Origin: the human T2T-CHM13v2.0 reference genome, Homo sapiens
NCBI RefSeq assembly: GCF_009914755.1
Contig: NC_060925.1
Strand: one strand, 5' to 3'
DNA: 64,000 bases
A program made the position numbers and the translations under genes. Below are positions 57,660-64,000 of the stretch, one piece after another (position 1 is the first letter of the stretch; each line of letters starts with the position of its first letter). The notes under the pieces are model-generated. The model did not search any database. It had not been told where the DNA came from and saw only the letters and a program-made list of their open reading frames with translations.

Positions 57660-58335
57660 AGGGATGTGCACGCATGTGCTGGGTCAGCACAGAGCGTCCC
57701 TGTACGCATGCGTGTGCGCTGGGCCTGCTGGGAGTTGTTTGTGTGCCCATACGTGCACTAGCGTACCCACTGAGCCAGCCTCTGCACATGCTGTTGGAAC
57801 GTCTCGGATCTATGGGCATGTACGTACATTTCAGGGGCGGGCTGCGCACAGAGCTTGCCTGTGTGGGTGACACTGGAGCCTGCTGGGAGCCATTCCTCTC
57901 CCTGTATTGGTGTGTTCCTGTGTCTGCCTGACCTGCCCCAGCATATGTGTGCAGGGAGGAGCACACTCATGAGTGTGCTGGATCAAAGCACACACCTAAG
58001 AATGTGTGGGTGCAGCCGTGGAGGGAGGTCCCCATCTGTGTGTACACGCCACTGCTGTTGAGTACGCTCACTGGGTCATGCAGGTGTGTGTTTGCATGGG
58101 TGCCCACCCACTCACAGGGAAATCAGCCAGAGTATTCAGATTCATGTGTACATCTGTATATTTTATCAAGCCAGATGTACGTGAAAATGGGTACTTGTTA
58201 GCATATGTGAGCCCTATCTGTGTGAGTATATGTGTGTGTGTGTGTGTGTGTGTGCACGCACATGGCTGGATCAATTTGTGGAGTGTGTGCGTGTGTATGT
58301 GACACACACACACACACACACACACTCTCTCTCTC
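57660..58335. repeat. Degenerate TG/CA alternating purine-pyrimidine region with (TG)n at ~58229-58253 and (CA)n at ~58302-58325
   Basis: Direct inspection. Confidence 0.8.
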
Positions 58336-60852
58336 TTTCTGGGGACCAAGATATGTCAGGGCCATTGATTTTCTGTCTCTTAGAAATTCCCTTTGAGGTC
58401 CTATTCATGCCTCTTTCATGAAGCAAAATCAGTGGTTCCAGTGTTCTTAAAGCAAACCAGGCCTGTTTTGCGCAACGCTCCATCCCTGGCCCGCCCATCT
58501 CCTCCACCGGTTGTGCCTGCACACACACATATACCCACAGGACCTGCTTGTCGTGCTCAGGTGGGCACAGCAGCCCTGCAGGGGTACAGGGGGCAGGCTC
58601 CCTGGCCAGACTCTGCTGCTTTCTAGCTGTATGGCCTTGGCCATTTCCCGTCATTTCCTGAGCCTCGGGTTCCTCCTCTGCCCGATAGGCACAGGGTGGT
58701 GGTGAAGATGTGAGTGGTGAAGCCCCTGCCAAGGCTGGAGGTTCTCTCTCATCTGTCCCGGCTGTTACGTTTACGAAGCACTTTCATCTGGGGAGAGAGG
58801 CTTGTGTCTGTCCTCGCCAGGCCAGCAGAGGAGCTTTGGGAAGGGACACCCATGAATGCCCCCCTTCCTGTGGGCCCTCTGCTCCAAGCATTTTGCTGAC
58901 ATCCCTTCATCTTTATCCCAGCCACCGCCCTGGGTGGCAGCTGGTGTTATCCGCCTTCCACAGAGGGGAAACCGAGCCCCAGAGAACTGCAAGGGCTTTG
59001 TCGAACTTCACCGAGAGCAGGTGGCAAGCCAGGATTGGGACCCAGGTCCAGTGGACTCCGGAACCTTCCCACCGCATTCCAAGAACGCTTCCTCCAGCAA
59101 GCAGGAGTGAGAGGCCAGGCCTTAGAGGATGCCCAGACCCCACACGAGGGGATGGCCTACAGGCCCAAGGCACCATGTGGGCAGAGGTGCAGCATAGGGA
59201 AACTCCAGCCTAGAGGAAATAGGCCCTCAGCCTCTGTCACTTGCCTTGGGCTCTCCCATCCCATCCCCTTCCCCCTCCAGATGGGCAGCCCCTCGTGGGG
59301 TCCCCTCCCGCCCCCTCGTGCTGCAGTCTTTGTGGCCCAGGAAGAATGCCTCTCTTTATCTCCCAGACGCCCCTTCCCTTTGATTCTCCTCTACCCAGCG
59401 TTTCTGCTGACCTCTGCGTGTTGGGAATCCAATTAGAGGAGCGGACAGGGAGAGTGACAGCCGCGCCGAATCCCGCCTCAGCCCCTCCGAGCACGCTCAG
59501 CCAAGCTGCAAGCAGCGCGGGGCCTGCTTGTCATGCTGGGCCCTGCGCAGGGCTTTGTGGGGATTAGCTGCTGGGGGGTGGGGTGCTCGCAGATGGGACC
59601 AGAAGTGATGCTGGTGAATGTCACGTCCAGGCAGAGAGTGGAGGAGGGGGCCCGCCCAGTGTTGAATCCAGCTTGGGGAAGAGAAGAGAAGGGGGCTAGG
59701 GGGCAGACTAGCCTGGCCTATAGGAGGCCCATGGGGGAAATGATGGCCCACTTGGGTTATTTGGTTCCCCATTTGAGGGTTGGAGGGTAGAGCTGGCAGC
59801 CAAGCTCAGCTGTGTCTACAGTGGAGTGGGCACCAGAAGGATTTCCACCTGGGAGGGGCTTTGGGGGATTGATTGGATTGCAGGGGTGGGTATTGACTCT
59901 TCATTTGCAAAACACTTTATGTATGATGGAGGTGGGGACCCTAAGAATGGGGAGGTGGCAGGCTTTGAGAGATGTGTCTAGAGAATCTGCCACCACCAGC
60001 CACCCCTTGGCAGGGCCACCAGTCTAAGGCCAAAGACTATGCCCTTCCCCAGCCAGCACCATGAAAGTTACCCTTCTGGTTTACAGCTGTGGAAACTGAG
60101 GCTCCGAGAGGAGAAAGGTCTGGCTCGAGGACACAAGGGTAGTCCGTAGCAGAGATGTCTCATCCCCCTGTCCACCTGCACCACCCAGCCCCACCCCCAA
60201 CTCCCTGGACCTCCTGAGTGATGAGAGTCCCTGATGCCCTTCCCCACAGAGGGATATGGCATCTGAGGAAGTGGATTTCAGGCCCTCAGGGGAAGCAGTA
60301 TCAGGTAGAATATGGTCTGACTCTCAGCTCACGGACCAGCAAATGCCCCTGCCCCTCTAGAAATGTGTCAGGCCTTGTGCTGGGCCAGAACACAGTGGGA
60401 TCTGCCGTGGCCTCTGCCCCCAGGAGCCCACAGTGGACAGAGACAAGGAGCCCCTGGTGCACAGAGAGGGTGGAGTGTGTGCATGGAGCAGTAAGGACTA
60501 TGGGGACCCACTGGGGAGACTAGGACTAGGATGTGGGGATGGGACCACCCTGAGCCTGGGAGTCCCAGAGGCCTTTCTAGAGGAAGGGCCACCAGCACAG
60601 AGACCTGGAGGACAAGCAAGAAATAGCCTGAGGAGGCTCTGGCTATCCTAACCTGAGAGGCAGGGTAGTTGTGGGGCTTCTAGGGGAAGGGCATCTCCTG
60701 TCCCTCAAATCTTTGTGCTCATTCCATAGCTGCCTGGGCCGGGCAGGACTGACCCACCTCCCACCCGCTGCCCTAGTGAGGCTGCACAGCTGCAGCCGCT
60801 GTGGAGTTGGCAGCCACTGGATGTTCAGGATCTTCTGTAAGAATCGTGGTTA

Positions 60853-61445
<593 letters not shown>

Positions 61446-62179
61446 TTAGGAGGCCACAGTGCCACAAGCCAACCTTAGAGATCTGGAATTTCTGTGGTGG
61501 TGCTAGGCACATTCCATACACATCTTCACCAATCCCTGGGAGCAGGAGTTGCCCACCCCGTCTTACAAGTGAGAAAACAGGTTCCAAGAGGCAGAAGGGC
61601 TTGTGCGGTCTCACAGAGCACATTAATGGAACTGCCTTTTACACTCAGGACCGCATTAGACCTTTCCCACCATCCCAGGCTGCCGCGGCCAGTGTAGGAA
61701 TGAGCTTATTGGGTTGGCTGGTTTGGTCCTCCTGCCCAGCACTGTGCCTGCCACACAGGAGGTGCTTAGTGGGTGGGGGATGGATGCATGGATGGAGAAA
61801 ACCAATCAATCAATCAATCAATTCTTCCTTACCTAGTGCCTTTAAGGAAAAAATCTGCACCACCCCCCATCCTGCCAGCGAAGGCTGTATTAAATATGAA
61901 TTAATCTTTCAGCTCAGTTCTCATGAATATAAAATGCAGAGGGTGTGTGAAGCCAAGAGATCAAGACGAGACACCCCAGTCTGCCTGGGCCTGAAAGCGC
62001 ACGCTCACACCCACTCACACTTGGAAGTGCATTCTCACAGTCATGCAGACTCACTCACAGTCCTCAGCCACCCTCCTTAGCCCCTCTAGGAACCTCCCCG
62101 CCCCACCCTGCCCTGCTCAGTTGGGCCCCTTCCAGGTCAGGCTTCTCTGGGCCACCACTGGCCCAGCTCTTTCCCATCC

Positions 62180-62420
62180 CACACCCTTCCTGCCCCTCCC
62201 AGCTCTCTGAACTTGACTCTTCCCTCCCACCTGCCTCTTCTCTCCTTCCTCCCCTTGTCTCTTTGCCCCCGCCTCTGTCCCCTGCTCCTTCAGTGTCCTC
62301 TTGTCTTCCTTTTCCTTGTCTTAGTCTCTCCATCTCCCCTCCTCTCTGTTTCTCTCTCTCCCTCCCCTGCCTCCCCACTTGTCTCTCTCCCCGTCTCTCT
62401 AGCTCCCTCCCCATTTCCTT
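62180..62420 (+). repeat. CT-rich low-complexity tract
   Basis: Direct inspection. Confidence 0.8.
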
Positions 62421-63954
62421 CTCTAAGGGGACCACTTGCCTGTGCCTGGACATGCCAGGGACCCTGGGCAAATTGTGGGCTAGAGAGTGAATCCTCCCTC
62501 CTCAACCCAGACACATTGGGGTCAGGACATGCCCCCCAACCTCCCCCTCTAGCAAGGGGCACAGGTACCTACATACCAGGGCCACACCTTGCCCCCTCTC
62601 CTTGCCCCCACCACCTCCCAGGGCTGGCATCCTGCAGGTACGGGATGAGCCATGCACCCGGAGTCCACACCAGACATCTGTCAAATCCATGTCCCACAGG
62701 GGGCCTGGCCTGTTGATTCTGAAGGACTTCAGAAAATGGATTCTAAAGGGACAGAAGTGTGTCCTGGTTCGACGTGACCCCATTTGTGTGTCTCTGAGCC
62801 GTACGCAGTCTCTCTCAGCCTCAGTTTCCCCCCCAGGCCCTTGAATAAATTAAACGAGGGGCTGCCAGCCCAGAGTGGGCTGAGATAAATGTCTCCTGAC
62901 CTCCTGTGGTACTCCCCAAGGTGAACATTCCAGACCTGCCACTCCCCTGTGGCCTGACTCAGGCCCTCCCTTTCAGGAGCTGACCTCCCTCCCACTGCCT
63001 GAGGACTCTGGCACAGGATGCTCTCACCCTCTGCCCCTCTCCCCACCTCTCTACAACCACCCAGTCCAGACAGCTGGGCTGGAGGGGATCAGAGACTGTG
63101 AGCAGCCACCTCCCACCCATCCTGGACCCAGGGTCAGCAAGGAGCGGGTGGGGGTGCAAAGGCTGTGATTCTTTTGGGTGGGAATGGGGGTGAGGGTGAG
63201 AATCAGGCAGGTGCATGTACATGTGTGTATGAGAGAGAGAGAGAGATTGGGAGGGAGAGGGAGCTCACTAGCGCATATGTGCCTGCCAGGGGGGCTGCAG
63301 ATGTGTCTGAGGGTGAGCCTGGTGAAAGAGAAGACAAAAGAATGGAATGAGCTAAAGCAGCCGCCTGGGGTGGGAGGCCGAGCCCATTTGTATGCAGCAG
63401 GGGGCAGGAGCCCAGCAAGGGAGCCTCCATTCCCAGGACTCTGGAGGGAGCTGAGACCATCCATGCCCGCAGAGCCCTCCCTCACACTCCATCCTGTCCA
63501 GCCCTAATTGTGCAGGTGGGGAAACTGAGGCTGGGAAGTCACATAGCAAGTGACTGGCAGAGCTGGGACTGGAACCCAACCAGCCTCCTAGACCACGGTT
63601 CTTCCCATCAATGGAATGCTAGAGACTCCAGCCAGGTACAAAGTTGGATAAATGAAAGAATGAATAATAGCCATTGATGTTTGTAAAGTGCACAGGGCAA
63701 ACACTTTATAACTCAGTAATCACCCCCCTTTTACAGGTGGAAAAACTGAGGTGCACAGAAGTGATGTAACTTGCCCAAGTTTATACAGCTAATAAGTGGC
63801 AGAGCCAGGATTCAAGCCAGCAGGTTCCAGAGTCTGTGCTCACTGTACCTCTTAGAATACCAAGTCCTTGAACCGCAGGAATTGCCACATTTCTGTGCCC
63901 CCGGCTCTGAGCACTGGCTAGGCACATAGCAAATGCTCAACAGTGCTTGCTGAG

Positions 63955-64000
63955 TCAATGAGTGGATGGATGGATGGACGGACGGACGGACGGACGGACG
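63955..64000 (+). repeat. (GGAT)n switching to (GGAC)n, at an L2 3' end
   Basis: Direct inspection. Confidence 0.9.

Overview
Human (primate) genomic DNA from inside EPHB2 (Eph receptor B2, chr1p36), transcribed on the + strand. The window covers the 3' part of the very long intron 1, coding exon 2 (38955-39019, 65 nt), intron 2 (2906 nt), coding exon 3 (41926-42610, 685 nt; most of the ephrin ligand-binding domain and the start of the Cys-rich region) and the 5' ~21 kb of intron 3. The rest is GC-rich intronic DNA with many Alu, MIR, L2, old L1, MaLR-LTR and DNA-transposon fragments, simple repeats and an ~830-bp purine-rich VNTR. Nearly all listed six-frame ORFs are chance or repeat-derived, and there are no prokaryotic features. 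Most interesting observations: (1) exons 2+3 form a 750-nt phase-1/phase-1 module bracketed by inverted Alus, so a back-spliced circle would be a stop-free 250-codon endless ORF; (2) a MIR-derived candidate exon (32689-32779) would either poison the normal ORF or supply a signal-peptide-like N-terminus in frame with exon 2; (3) several traces of local templated copying: a 93%-identical inverted L2 pair, a 52-bp patch copied 1.7 kb, and two perfect hairpins at MIRs; (4) a degenerate ~42-bp L2-derived tandem array abutting the exon 3 acceptor. Repeat boundaries and subfamily calls were made by eye and are approximate.
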